DNA of 33,702 nucleotides. Origin: Candidatus Nanopelagicales bacterium. GTDB taxonomy: Bacteria; Actinomycetota; Actinomycetes; S36-B12. This document shows, piece after piece, positions 8,624 through 22,135 of this stretch; positions within the stretch are counted from its first letter, which is position 1, and every line of letters begins with the position of its first letter. Made by a program: the position numbers and the translations under genes. The DNA lies in the NCBI GenBank assembly GCA_044240285.1, contig JBIHZU010000003.1:1-33702 (forward strand). Direction: 5' to 3'. The notes under the pieces are model-generated. The model saw only the letters and a program-made list of their open reading frames with translations. It was not told where the DNA came from and searched no databases.

Positions 8624-10315
8624 CTAGATGACACTCAACGGCAAACGCAGCGCGCCTGGGGCAGCTGAGGGGACCACGGGAGATCGCGGCACGATGGGCT
8701 CCAATCGCTCATACTCAGAGCCGAGAGGCGGGCGCGAGTCCACATCACCCTTATTGGGCCACAACGACATCGCCCGCTCAGCTTGCGCGGTGATAGTCAG
8801 GGATGGGTTGACACCGAGATTTGCGGTGATAGTCGAGCCATCGACAATGTGCAGACCCGGATGTCCATAGGCGCGGTGATAAGCGTCCACCACTCCTGAG
8901 CCAGAGTCTGCACCGATCACGCAGCCACCGACGAAGTGCGCAGTGAGCACCGCATCGAAGTTATCAAAGACATTGCCGGCTGCCCATCCGTCGATAATCT
9001 CAGCGGCACGCTCAACTACCTCAGCAGCAGCGGGGATATGAGTTGGAGCAGGCGATGATGCATCCTTGCGAGTCGTCATACGCCAGCCGAGACGGCCACG
9101 ATGGCCAGTGAGCGTCAGTGAGTTGTCCACCGACTGCATCACGAGTGCGATGACGCCACGCTCGCTCCATTGGTGGACATTGAGCAACTTCACGGCAGTG
9201 TCACGCTGCTGCCACATCTGCGTCCCCCAGGTTTTCCAACGCGCGACTCCGGGCACGGGTCGAGTCAGCACTGATTGCAATAGGCCCATGGAGTTCGAAC
9301 CCTTGCCGTAGCGCACAGGCTCGATGTGCGTATTTTCTTCGGGAAAGAAGCTCGAAGTGATCGCCACACCACGGGAGAAGTCTTTGGCCGCAGACTTACC
9401 CACCGCGCCGAGGATCGACTCCGAATTGGTACGCGATAAACGGCCAAGTGAACGAGACAGACGCGGCAGCCGGCCCTCGTCGCGCATGCGATGCAACAAC
9501 TTCTGTGTGTTGTAAGTGCCGGCAGCCATAATGACGTGCTCACAACTAAAGGACCGAGTCTTGCGATTGGTCCACGAACCGGTGCGCGCAGTGACCACGT
9601 CATAACCGCCGCTAACACGCTCGCGAATTTCGGTCACAGTTCGCAGCGGATGCACAACAGCGCCAGCTGCTTCGGCAAGGCCTAGGTAGTTCTTGGGCAA
9701 GGTGTTCTTGGCATTGTGGCGGCACCCGGTCATGCATTCACCACACTCAATGCAACCGGTGCGCGCCGGACCCACCCCGCCAAAGAACGGATCAGATTTT
9801 GTGACGCCGGGTCCTCCACCGAAGTAGACACCTACGGGAGTCATTCGGAACGTGTGCCCAACCCCCATTTCGTCTGCGACAGCTTTCATCACGACATCGC
9901 TGGGAGTCATCGTGGGATTGTCGATAACGCCAAGCATTCGAGCGGCTTGGTCGTAGTGCGGTGCAAGTTCGTCTGCCCAATTGGTGATGCCACTCCATTG
10001 TGGGTCATCGAAGAATCGCTTCGGTGGCACGTAGAGCGTGTTTGCGTAGTTCAGCGAGCCACCACCAACGCCTGCCCCCGCGAGCACCACAACATCTTTA
10101 AGAATGTGAATGCGTTGTAAGCCGGTGCAACCCAGGCGAGGCGCCCACAGGAACGACGACAATCGCCATGATGTTTTGGGAAAAGTCTGCTCGGTGAAGC
10201 GGCGCCCTGCCTCAATGACGCCGACGCGATAGCCCTTCTCCGTGAGGCGAAGGGCGGACACAGATCCGCCAAATCCGGACCCCACAATGACTACGTCGTA
10301 GTCGAAACCAGCCAT
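8624..10315 (-). CDS. choD: GMC-family FAD oxidoreductase, ChoD / cholesterol oxidase-like
   Basis: DYDVVIVGSGFGGSVSALRL, GAGVGGGSLNYAN, CIECGECMTGC, TAHFVGGC, NLGVNPSLTI; usual position between guaB3 and guaA. Alternative GTG start at 10321. Confidence 0.9.
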   Translation of the reverse strand: MAGFDYDVVIVGSGFGGSVSALRLTEKGYRVGVIEAGRRFTEQTFPKTSWRLSSFLWAPRLGCTGLQRIHILKDVVVLAGAGVGGGSLNYANTLYVPPKRFFDDPQWSGITNWADELAPHYDQAARMLGVIDNPTMTPSDVVMKAVADEMGVGHTFRMTPVGVYFGGGPGVTKSDPFFGGVGPARTGCIECGECMTGCRHNAKNTLPKNYLGLAEAAGAVVHPLRTVTEIRERVSGGYDVVTARTGSWTNRKTRSFSCEHVIMAAGTYNTQKLLHRMRDEGRLPRLSRSLGRLSRTNSESILGAVGKSAAKDFSRGVAITSSFFPEENTHIEPVRYGKGSNSMGLLQSVLTRPVPGVARWKTWGTQMWQQRDTAVKLLNVHQWSERGVIALVMQSVDNSLTLTGHRGRLGWRMTTRKDASSPAPTHIPAAAEVVERAAEIIDGWAAGNVFDNFDAVLTAHFVGGCVIGADSGSGVVDAYHRAYGHPGLHIVDGSTITANLGVNPSLTITAQAERAMSLWPNKGDVDSRPPLGSEYERLEPIVPRSPVVPSAAPGALRLPLSVI

Positions 10316-10324
10316 GCCCACAGG

Positions 10325-11974
10325 TTACTGGTAGGTGGCCGCAGCGCGTTCAGCTTCAGCCGGACTCCAGCCCAAGGCTCGCCCGAGCAGCTCAGCCGCA
10401 TCCACCGCGGCACTCTTCGCACCATCCCGTGTCTCCAGCGCAATTCGCGTGCGCCGAATCAGGACATCCTCCACAGCCAATGCAGCTTCGTGAGTGCCGG
10501 CGTGCACGATTTCGGCTCTTAGATACGGCTCTCCCTCGACCAGCGGCTCAGCGAGCGCAGGATCGTCCAGCAGGTCGAACACCTCGTTGACGCGTCCCCC
10601 ATGACGATGCAAAAGTGACTCCACAGCTTCGACCGAGAGACCCGCTTCTTCCGCGATCTGAACTCGAGCGGCCCAATCAGTCTCATAGCCAGCCGCCCCC
10701 ACCAAGGGGATGTCTGCGGTCCGTGACTCACGCACGGATGAGTGGCCCTGGGAAATAAGATCAGTGACAGCGGCGTCGACCACATCGGCAGCCATCACGC
10801 GATAGGTCGTGTACTTCCCACCAGCAATCTGCACTAGCCCCGGCACGGGGCGGAAAATCGCGTGCTCACGCGAAAGTGTCGTCGTCGCGTCATCAGCGTT
10901 TCCATCAGACACCAACGGGCGCAGACCGGCATAAACCCCAACGACATCCTCACGTCGCAGCGGACGCGTGAGCCAACGGTTTGCTTGACCAATGAGGTAA
11001 TCGATATCGGATTCTTCGGCAGCCGGATTAGCCAGATCGCCTTGCCAATCGGTATCAGTAGTTCCCACCAACCAATTGCGACCCCACGGAAGTAGGAACA
11101 ACACACTGGCCGGCGTTCGAGCGATGACCGCTGTGCTCGAACGGAAAGCGTCGCGAGGAATGACTAGATGCACCCCCTTGCTCTGTCGCACTTCCGCAGC
11201 GGGTGGTCCGCCTAGGAGAGCGCGAACGCTATCTGTCCATACACCAACCGCACTGATCACCACGCGCGCATAGATGTCGTACGTCTCGTCCGTCAGAACG
11301 TCCTTGACGCGTACGCCGTTCACGTGGTCGTCGCCCTCAATCGTGACGCGCAGCAATGCGACCACTTCGGTGCGAGTGACGAGCGCTGCCCCATACGACG
11401 CTGCCGTGCGCGCGACAGCGACTGTGTGCCGGGCGTCATCGATTTGCGCGTCGTAGTAAGTGACTCCCCCGGTGACTTCGTCAAGGTTGAGGTCGGGGGC
11501 GAGCGCACCAAGCTCCTCCTTCGACAAACTTTTCGGCTTCGGCATCAGACCGCCCGAGGCGCCGACACGTGACATCACGTCGTAGATCCGCACGCCTGAA
11601 GCCACGTAAGGTCGTTCCCACTTCTTTGACACTGGAAAGACAAACGCCACCGGATGCACGAGGTGCGGAGCGAGGTGATCAAGGAGGAGTCCGCGTTCGG
11701 TGAGTGCTTCGCGTACGAGTCCAAACTCGCGCTGCTCGAGATAACGCAGCCCGCCATGTGCCAGACGCGAGGAGCGTGAGGAAGTCCCCGATGCTAGGTC
11801 GTTCATCTCGACCAGACCGACGTGCAGCCCGCGCGAGGCGGCGTCTAGGGCCGCTCCGCATCCCACAACGCCACCACCGATGATCAGCACATCAAGCGGT
11901 GCGTCTGCAGTGGTCGACATCAGCCGACGCACAGATTGCGCCCGATAGGACGGTCCTAGCCGATCGGTAGTCAC
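10325..11974 (-). CDS. glpD: FAD-dependent glycerol-3-phosphate dehydrogenase/oxidase
   Basis: IIGGGVVG, GTSSRSSRLAHGGLRYLEQ, DAQIDDAR, SKGVHLV, GTTDT, AGLRPL, SREH, GGKYTTYRVMA. Confidence 0.95.
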   Translation of the reverse strand: MTTDRLGPSYRAQSVRRLMSTTADAPLDVLIIGGGVVGCGAALDAASRGLHVGLVEMNDLASGTSSRSSRLAHGGLRYLEQREFGLVREALTERGLLLDHLAPHLVHPVAFVFPVSKKWERPYVASGVRIYDVMSRVGASGGLMPKPKSLSKEELGALAPDLNLDEVTGGVTYYDAQIDDARHTVAVARTAASYGAALVTRTEVVALLRVTIEGDDHVNGVRVKDVLTDETYDIYARVVISAVGVWTDSVRALLGGPPAAEVRQSKGVHLVIPRDAFRSSTAVIARTPASVLFLLPWGRNWLVGTTDTDWQGDLANPAAEESDIDYLIGQANRWLTRPLRREDVVGVYAGLRPLVSDGNADDATTTLSREHAIFRPVPGLVQIAGGKYTTYRVMAADVVDAAVTDLISQGHSSVRESRTADIPLVGAAGYETDWAARVQIAEEAGLSVEAVESLLHRHGGRVNEVFDLLDDPALAEPLVEGEPYLRAEIVHAGTHEAALAVEDVLIRRTRIALETRDGAKSAAVDAAELLGRALGWSPAEAERAAATYQ

Positions 11975-11997
11975 CCTAGGAGGCTACCTCGCCGCAG

Positions 11998-13116
11998 TCA
12001 TCGAACCGGATCGACGACGACTTCTACTCGCTGGAACTCTTTAAGTTCGCGGTAACCTGTCGTTGCCATCGCCTTCCGTAGTGCTCCGCTGAGGTTCGCT
12101 GATCCATCTGCATAACGCGAAGGGCCGTTGAGGATCTCGTCGTAGGTGCCCACGGTGCCTAAGCTCGGCCGGTTACCACGTGGTAAACGTGCGTGCCATG
12201 CTTCGTGGCCCCAGTGAATGCCGGCGCCAGGAGAATCTTCAGCGCGAGCGAGGAGTGATCCCACCATGGCCGCGTCTGCTCCGCAGGCGATCGCTTTAAC
12301 CAGATCGCCACTGCGGCCAACGGATCCGTCGGCAATGACATGAACATAACGTCCGCCAGACTCGTCCAAATAATCACGTCGAGCAGCAGCCACATCAGCG
12401 ACCGCACTTGCCATCGGAACGCGAACGCCAAGAACGTCGGCAGTCGTGTGTGCGGCTCCTCCTCCAAATCCCACCAAGACACCGGCCGCACCAGTGCGCA
12501 TCAGGTGCAATGCGGCCTGATAGGTCGAACAACCTCCCACAATCACGGGCACGTCGAGGTCGTAGATGAACTTCTTCAGGTTCAGCGGCTCTCCGTTGTC
12601 GGCAACGTGTTCGGCGCTCACCGTCGTGCCGCGGATAACCAGAATGTCGATGCCTGCTGAAACCGCGATAGGAGCAAGAGTTGCTGCAGATTGTGGCGAG
12701 ACACCGACAGCGACAGTCGCTCCACCAGCGCGAATTTCGGCAATGCGCTGCTTGAGCAAGTCGTGATCAACAGGTGCAGCGGCATAGACGTCCTGCAGGA
12801 CTGCGCCAGCTGACTCTGCTGGCGCAGTGCGAATGCGATCAAGCGCGGCAGCGGGATCGGCGTAGCGTGCCCAAAGGCCGTCGAGGCTCCAAGCCGCCAT
12901 AACGCCGAGTTTGCCCAACGTGATCGCAGTCGACGGAGAGACGACGGAGTCCATCGGAGCTGCGACGACCGGCAAATCGAAACGATAGGCGTCGATCTGC
13001 CACACGGTCGACACCTCATCGGCGTCTCGAGTGCGTCGACTCGGCGCGACGGCGATGTCATCAAAGGAATACGCCGTGCGCCCGCGCTTGCCGCGACCGA
13101 TCTCGATCTCGTTCAT
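11998..13116 (-). CDS. guaB3: GuaB3-family IMP dehydrogenase-related protein
   Basis: EIEIGRGKRGRTAYSFDDIAVAPSRRTRD, ALHLMRTGAAGVLVG, ARRDYLDESGGRYVHVIADG, LKEFQRVE; directly downstream of guaB. Confidence 0.95.
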   Translation of the reverse strand: MNEIEIGRGKRGRTAYSFDDIAVAPSRRTRDADEVSTVWQIDAYRFDLPVVAAPMDSVVSPSTAITLGKLGVMAAWSLDGLWARYADPAAALDRIRTAPAESAGAVLQDVYAAAPVDHDLLKQRIAEIRAGGATVAVGVSPQSAATLAPIAVSAGIDILVIRGTTVSAEHVADNGEPLNLKKFIYDLDVPVIVGGCSTYQAALHLMRTGAAGVLVGFGGGAAHTTADVLGVRVPMASAVADVAAARRDYLDESGGRYVHVIADGSVGRSGDLVKAIACGADAAMVGSLLARAEDSPGAGIHWGHEAWHARLPRGNRPSLGTVGTYDEILNGPSRYADGSANLSGALRKAMATTGYRELKEFQRVEVVVDPVR

Positions 13117-13138
13117 CGTTGACTCTTTCCGTTGACCA

Positions 13139-15602
<2,464 letters not shown>

Positions 15603-15626
15603 GCGTTGATTGTGGGGCAGTTGGGC

Positions 15627-15658
15627 CATCCTCGCATTCTGAGGGCGCGGCGAGGATG
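15627..15658. repeat. 9-bp inverted repeat in the regulator/whiD divergent region
   Basis: CATCCTCGC (15627-15635), 14 nt, GCGAGGATG (15650-15658). Confidence 0.5.
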
Positions 15659-15682
15659 TGGCACAAATCGCACAGAAACCAC

Positions 15683-15711
15683 TTGACTCGGTTTTGACAC
15701 GGTTCTAAAGT
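15683..15711 (+). promoter_or_regulatory. whiD/whiB3 promoter overlapped by tandem 11-bp direct repeats
   Basis: TTGACT (15683-15688), 17 nt, TAAAGT (15706-15711). Repeats TTGACTCGGTT (15683-15693) and TTGACACGGTT (15694-15704). Confidence 0.7.
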
Positions 15712-15736
15712 GTTCCTACAACCTGAGGAGGTCGCA

Positions 15737-16039
15737 ATGGCTGATGTGTCCCGGCTACCTGGACCGAACGCCGACATCTGGAATTGGCAGCTCGAAGGCG
15801 CCTGCCGCGGCGAGGACCCTGGTTTGTTCTTCCACCCCGAAGGTGAGCGTGGACCGCTGCGCATGGAGCGAGAAGAGGCCGCCAAGGCCATCTGTGCTCG
15901 CTGCCCAGTAGTCACCCGATGCGCCACCCATGCGGTGGCTGTTCGCGAGCCCTACGGCGTGTGGGGCGGACTCACCGAGGAAGACCGCGAGGCAATGTAC
16001 CGCCGCAGCCTCGCACCGGTGAGCGAGCTCATAGCCTGA
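15737..16039 (+). CDS. whiD: WhiB-family [4Fe-4S] transcriptional regulator, WhiD/WhiB3 type
   Basis: MADVSRLPGPNADIWNWQLEGACRG...FFHPEGERG...AKAICARCPVVTRC...EPYGVWGGLTEEDR; four Cys plus GVWGG; GAGGAGG RBS before ATG 15737; typical position next to groEL1. Confidence 0.93.
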   Translation: MADVSRLPGPNADIWNWQLEGACRGEDPGLFFHPEGERGPLRMEREEAAKAICARCPVVTRCATHAVAVREPYGVWGGLTEEDREAMYRRSLAPVSELIA

Positions 16040-16045
16040 ACGCAG

Positions 16046-16087
16046 AAAAAGGAAAGAGCCCGGGATTTCCCGGGCCCTTTCCTTTTT
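16046..16087. terminator. Bidirectional intrinsic terminator between whiD and groEL
   Basis: AAAAAGGAAAGAGCCCGGG-attt-CCCGGGCCCTTTCCTTTTT; 19-bp arms with one mismatch and a U-tract in both directions, between convergent genes. Confidence 0.92.
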
Positions 16088-16096
16088 AGTCAGTCT

Positions 16097-17785
<1,689 letters not shown>

Positions 17786-17799
17786 CAGTCGTTGGGGTC

Positions 17800-18099
17800 T
17801 TACTTCTCGACGACTGCGAGGATGTCGCGCGCGGAGAGGATGAGGTACTCCTGACCGTCGTACTTAACCTCTGTGCCGCCGTACTTCGAGTAAATAACGA
17901 CGTCGCCCGCCTTGATGTCGAGCGGAATGCGCTTGGCGCCGCTCTCATCGAAACGACCCGGGCCAACTGCAAGGACCTTGCCCTCCTGGGGCTTCTCCTT
18001 GGCAGTGTCCGGGATAACCAGGCCAGAGGCCGTGGTCTGCTCGGCTTCGAGGGTCTGAACGAGGATGCGATCCTCAAGGGGCTTGATGGAGACCGACAC
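17800..18099 (-). CDS. groES: Co-chaperonin GroES
   Basis: [11 protein letters not shown]...[18 protein letters not shown]...[10 protein letters not shown]; GTG 18099 after GGAGG (99 aa). Confidence 0.99.
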   Translation of the reverse strand: MSVSIKPLEDRILVQTLEAEQTTASGLVIPDTAKEKPQEGKVLAVGPGRFDESGAKRIPLDIKAGDVVIYSKYGGTEVKYDGQEYLILSARDILAVVEK

Positions 18100-18150
18100 G
18101 AGCTGTCCTCCACGATCGATGGGTTCTTTCGGTGCGGCGAACCACACCAA

Positions 18151-18177
18151 CTAGCAGTCCCGGGCTGGGAGTGCCAG
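18151..18177. promoter_or_regulatory. CIRCE element (HrcA operator), groES-proximal copy
   Basis: CTAGCAGTC-N9-GAGTGCCAG versus consensus TTAGCACTC-N9-GAGTGCTAA. Confidence 0.85.
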
Positions 18178-18182
18178 AACTG

Positions 18183-18211
18183 AGATTAAAGGGTCGTTAG
18201 CACTCCGTCAA
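18183..18211 (-). promoter_or_regulatory. sigmaA-type promoter of groES-groEL
   Basis: Minus-strand TTGACG (18211-18206), 17 nt, TAATCT (18188-18183); the -35 lies inside the distal CIRCE spacer. Confidence 0.75.
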
Positions 18212-18223
18212 ACCGAGTGCCAG
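18197..18223. promoter_or_regulatory. CIRCE element (HrcA operator), distal copy
   Basis: TTAGCACTC-cgtcaaacc-GAGTGCCAG. Confidence 0.92.
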
Positions 18224-18253
18224 AAACGACCACCCAAGGACTACGGTTTCCTC

Positions 18254-19462
18254 ATGGAGCCCGCTGATATCGACTGGGTGGCGGGTCCGGGCCGGGACAT
18301 CCGGCGGGCGGCTCAAACAGACCTACCGGTCCTCGGCCCGCTGGCCACGGTCACCCACCTGCGGGCGGCCTATCCCGAAGTGGCCCCGGCACAGATTTCA
18401 GCCGCATGTGCTGTGGCAGAAGCGTGCATCTCCCACGCAGGCAAACTCGGCAACGGCGCCAAGACACTCCTGCTGACGGACACCCTCGCGCAGCAAGTGA
18501 CGAACCCATTGGTGTCGGCATATCGGACCCAACGCATGATCGCGGCTGGAGTCAAGGCGGTGATTGATGCGACGAGTGGTGCCGGCCTGGACTCACTCGC
18601 ATTTCACGCCGGTGGACTGGACGTGACAGCGATCGAAATGGATACGGTCGCCTTCGCATGTGCCCGCGCAAACTTGCCCGAATCCGTTGAAGTCCTTCAC
18701 GGTGACGCGCGCGCGATCGTGGCCGAGCTGCTTTCCACGAGGGAGAGAATTGCATTGTTCGTCGACCCAGCGCGTCGCGATTCCACCGGCCCACGACGCA
18801 GCGACGGCAGCCGCGCGTACGCAGAGCGCGACCCGGAACGCTGGTCACCTCCGTGGTCTTGGGTGTGCAATGTGGCTGGGCTCACACCCACTGTGGCCAA
18901 GGTGGCTCCGGGCATTCCACTGTCTCTTGTTCCCGTTGGCGCCACAGTCGAGTGGATCAGCATCGGAAGTGAGGTTGTCGAAGCCTGCGTATGGTTTGCC
19001 CCGATCAATGACTCAGCCTCACGTCGTGCCACTGTCATCAGTCGCGTGGGCGTGATTGAGTCAATCGATAATTCCTTGGATGCAACGCCTGCAGGAATAT
19101 CCAGCATCGGCGAACTTCTACTTGAGCCACACGACGCGGTAGAACGAGCTGGCCTCGTCGACCATCTTGCTGCTCACTGCGGTGCGACTCGAATCACGCC
19201 GGCAAGCACGTGGCTCACTGGGCCGCCTTCTGAGAGCAGCCTTGTGCGAGCGTGGCGGGTGCAAAAGGTCGTACCCGTGAGCGAACTCCGCGACGCACTT
19301 CGCGCATTTGAGCGAGTGAGTTACAAGACGTCCGACATTGATCGCAGTGCCGAAAGCATGGCTCGCGCCATCGGGCATCGAGCGAAGAGTGATGCTCATG
19401 GTGAGGCCTGGGTCGTCATGATGCGCGATGCAACTTTCGCGGCCATCGTGCAGCCTGCCTAA
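18254..19462 (+). CDS. Class I SAM-dependent methyltransferase with THUMP-like C-terminal region
   Basis: VIDATSGAGLDSLAF...AIEMD...ARANL, FVDPARR, WSPPW, KVAPGI, EWIS, LLEPHDAVERAGLV; usual position divergent from groES. Confidence 0.87.
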   Translation: MEPADIDWVAGPGRDIRRAAQTDLPVLGPLATVTHLRAAYPEVAPAQISAACAVAEACISHAGKLGNGAKTLLLTDTLAQQVTNPLVSAYRTQRMIAAGVKAVIDATSGAGLDSLAFHAGGLDVTAIEMDTVAFACARANLPESVEVLHGDARAIVAELLSTRERIALFVDPARRDSTGPRRSDGSRAYAERDPERWSPPWSWVCNVAGLTPTVAKVAPGIPLSLVPVGATVEWISIGSEVVEACVWFAPINDSASRRATVISRVGVIESIDNSLDATPAGISSIGELLLEPHDAVERAGLVDHLAAHCGATRITPASTWLTGPPSESSLVRAWRVQKVVPVSELRDALRAFERVSYKTSDIDRSAESMARAIGHRAKSDAHGEAWVVMMRDATFAAIVQPA

Positions 19463-19509
19463 CGTCAGCCTTTACTTTTCAGACGACCACATCGAGCCCA
19501 CCGAGGCGA

Positions 19510-20529
19510 TCAGGTGGGACGGATAGATAACCCAAAGTCGCTAGCTGGTCTGCCACGCGCCACTAGCGCGGCACCCATAGACGCCACCATGGCTCCGTTG
19601 TCGGTGCATAAGCGTGCGGGAGGGACTCTCAATTGAATCCCAGCCGCATCGCAACGCTCTTGTGCCATCGCCCGCAGCCGCGAATTAGCTGCCACCCCGC
19701 CGCCCAAGATGAGGTGCGAAATGTTCTCCGCACGGCATGCCGCCACCGCCTTCATAGTCAGCACATCCACGACCGCTTCTTGAAATGAAGCCGCCACGTC
19801 TGCCACAGGTACCGACTCGCCGCTCGCCTCGCGGGCCTTAATCCATCTGGCTACCGCGGTCTTCAGACCGGAGAAGGAGACATCAAAACGATGTTCTTCC
19901 TGATCTCTCGCAGCGGTGAGACCACGTGGGAAGTCCACATACGCGGCATCACCTTCGCGAGCCGCCTGATCGATCCATGGTCCACCCGGGAAGGGCAGCC
20001 CCAGCACACGTGCAACCTTGTCAAATGCCTCGCCAGCCGCATCGTCGATTGTGGCCCCGAGAGTTACGACATCAGCAGTGATGTCATCTACCCGCAGGAT
20101 GGACGAGTGCCCGCCGGACACCAGCATGGCAATTGCGGGCTCGGGTAGTTCACCGTGCACGAGTCGATCTACTGCAACATGCGACGACAAGTGGCTCACG
20201 CCATATAAGGGCTTCCCGAGGGTCAATGCGAGCGCCTTAGCCGATGCAACACCCACGAGCAACGCGCCCGCCAAGCCGGGAAACGCGGTGACTGCTATCG
20301 CATCAACATCGCGAAGAGTGACACCAGCCGTCGCACATGCTCGCTCCAACGTCGGGATTATTGCCTCGAGATGGGCGCGACTGGCGATCTCTGGGACTAC
20401 TCCTCCGAAACGGACGTGCTCGTCCACACTCGAAGCGACTTCATCCGCGAGCAATGTGCTGCCGCGTACGAGCCCCACACCAGTCTCGTCGCAAGATGTC
20501 TCGATACCTAAGACAAGAGGCTCACTCAT
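19510..20529 (-). CDS. tsaD: tRNA N6-threonylcarbamoyladenosine synthesis protein TsaD
   Basis: [69 protein letters not shown]. Confidence 0.98.
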   Translation of the reverse strand: MSEPLVLGIETSCDETGVGLVRGSTLLADEVASSVDEHVRFGGVVPEIASRAHLEAIIPTLERACATAGVTLRDVDAIAVTAFPGLAGALLVGVASAKALALTLGKPLYGVSHLSSHVAVDRLVHGELPEPAIAMLVSGGHSSILRVDDITADVVTLGATIDDAAGEAFDKVARVLGLPFPGGPWIDQAAREGDAAYVDFPRGLTAARDQEEHRFDVSFSGLKTAVARWIKAREASGESVPVADVAASFQEAVVDVLTMKAVAACRAENISHLILGGGVAANSRLRAMAQERCDAAGIQLRVPPARLCTDNGAMVASMGAALVARGRPASDFGLSIRPT

Positions 20530-21674
20530 TGCGCATCCCGCTGCATGAGAACTGCGTCTTGCCCAGCACCGTAGTAGTCACGTCGACGTCCGTTGATCAC
20601 AAATCCAAAGGATTCATAGAGCGAAATGGCAGCAATATTGTCTGCGCGGACTTCAAGAAGCATGCGCCTACAACCACGCGCGACTGATTCACCTAGCAAA
20701 GTCTCAAGAAGTGCACGCCCTGTGCCATGTCTTTGCAGCCAAGGCGCGACGGCAATCGTCTGCACTTCAGCTTCGGGCGGATAGATCGTGATACCGGCAT
20801 AGCCGACTATTTGTTCTGCCTCTTCTGCGACGACGTAGTGTCGGGTGTCGGGCGCACCTGCCAACTCCGACCAGAACGTGCCGGCACTCCATGCCGTGGT
20901 CAAAAAGAGCTGCGGCTCAAGTGCGCTTACCGCATCGATATCCCACCAGCGCATGACCCGCACGTTAGGTCGAGGTCCGGTAGCGGAGACAACACTGACG
21001 GGTGGGACAGCATCCGGACGCCTTAGGTACAAGGCCTCAGCAGCGAGGAGCGTTCGGCCTCGGATGAAGTCAGCAGTGCTAGCGCCATCTCCCCCTGCCG
21101 GTTGCTCCACGTCAATGGCACCTAGGGGTGCCGGTTCCTCTCCCCTAGCAATCGCCTCAACAGCAATCTGCGCGATCCAATGTGCATCTGGGATCGCCGG
21201 CGAACTCGGTGTGCCCACTACTGCACCAAAATTCGAGAGATTCTCCTCGCGTGCAACTTCGGGACCCGCAATGCGAGTCCCACTGGTGTCGTACGAAGCC
21301 CAGTAGAACTCATGTCGGCGAGCACCGGTCACAACCGTGATGGACTCTGCTCTAGACGCCTGATGTGCGCGAGCAATCGCATCCAGCGAGCAGATGCCGA
21401 CTACCGGGATCCCAAGGGCGTAGCCCATGGTCTTTGCTGTCGCAAGGCCCACCCGCAATCCGGTGAAGGGGCCCGGGCCTACCCCACACGCGATATGTGT
21501 GAGCTCGGACATCGTGACGTCCGCTTCCGCGAGCACATCACGCACTAGGACTGCGAGCACCTCGGCATGCTGGCTCGCATCAGCCACCCGACGAGACACA
21601 AGAACTCTTTCACCATCGTGAACAGCCACAGTCGATGCCGGTGTCGCGGTATCCAGCGCTAGAAGTCTCATCAT
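20526..21674 (-). CDS. tsaB-rimI: Fused TsaB / RimI N-acetyltransferase
   Basis: N-terminal LLALDTAT...HAEVL...[13 protein letters not shown]...LYLRRPDA (TsaB) continues in frame into MRWWDIDAV...EVQTIAV...[10 protein letters not shown]...LEVRADN...RRDYY (RimI). ATG 21674 overlaps the tsaE stop. Confidence 0.93.
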   Translation of the reverse strand: MMRLLALDTATPASTVAVHDGERVLVSRRVADASQHAEVLAVLVRDVLAEADVTMSELTHIACGVGPGPFTGLRVGLATAKTMGYALGIPVVGICSLDAIARAHQASRAESITVVTGARRHEFYWASYDTSGTRIAGPEVAREENLSNFGAVVGTPSSPAIPDAHWIAQIAVEAIARGEEPAPLGAIDVEQPAGGDGASTADFIRGRTLLAAEALYLRRPDAVPPVSVVSATGPRPNVRVMRWWDIDAVSALEPQLFLTTAWSAGTFWSELAGAPDTRHYVVAEEAEQIVGYAGITIYPPEAEVQTIAVAPWLQRHGTGRALLETLLGESVARGCRRMLLEVRADNIAAISLYESFGFVINGRRRDYYGAGQDAVLMQRDAQ

Positions 21675-22135
21675 GGCCAACCGCGCAACGCATCAATCAC
21701 AGCAGCCCAACGATCAAGTGAGCCAGCGAGAGTCAATTGTCGAACATCGCCATCGACTTCGGGTCTAATGCGAACGTACAACGGCTCCTCAGACAATCTC
21801 TCTGCTCGACCCTCACCCCACTCCACCACCGTGACTGAGGTGTCGAGATCTGCATCGAGATCGAGGTCGTCGAATTCGACATGGGAGCCAAGGCGGTAAG
21901 CGTCCACATGCACGAGAGACGTGCGAACTCCTTGATGCACATGAGAGATCACGTACGTCGGACTGGTGATGGGATCGGTGACACCCAAACCGAGTGCCAG
22001 ACCTTTCGTCAGAGTGGTTTTACCGGCTCCGAGAGGACCATCGAGAATGACTACATCGCCCGCCTGGAGAAGGCTGCCCAACGATTCGCCGAAGCGCATC
22101 ATCGCTGTGGCATCAGCCAGGATGAAAGTCGTCAT
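21671..22135 (-). CDS. tsaE: tRNA threonylcarbamoyladenosine ATPase TsaE
   Basis: GPLGAGKTT P-loop, TSPTY, HVDAYRL, VVEWG. Confidence 0.97.
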   Translation of the reverse strand: MTTFILADATAMMRFGESLGSLLQAGDVVILDGPLGAGKTTLTKGLALGLGVTDPITSPTYVISHVHQGVRTSLVHVDAYRLGSHVEFDDLDLDADLDTSVTVVEWGEGRAERLSEEPLYVRIRPEVDGDVRQLTLAGSLDRWAAVIDALRGWP

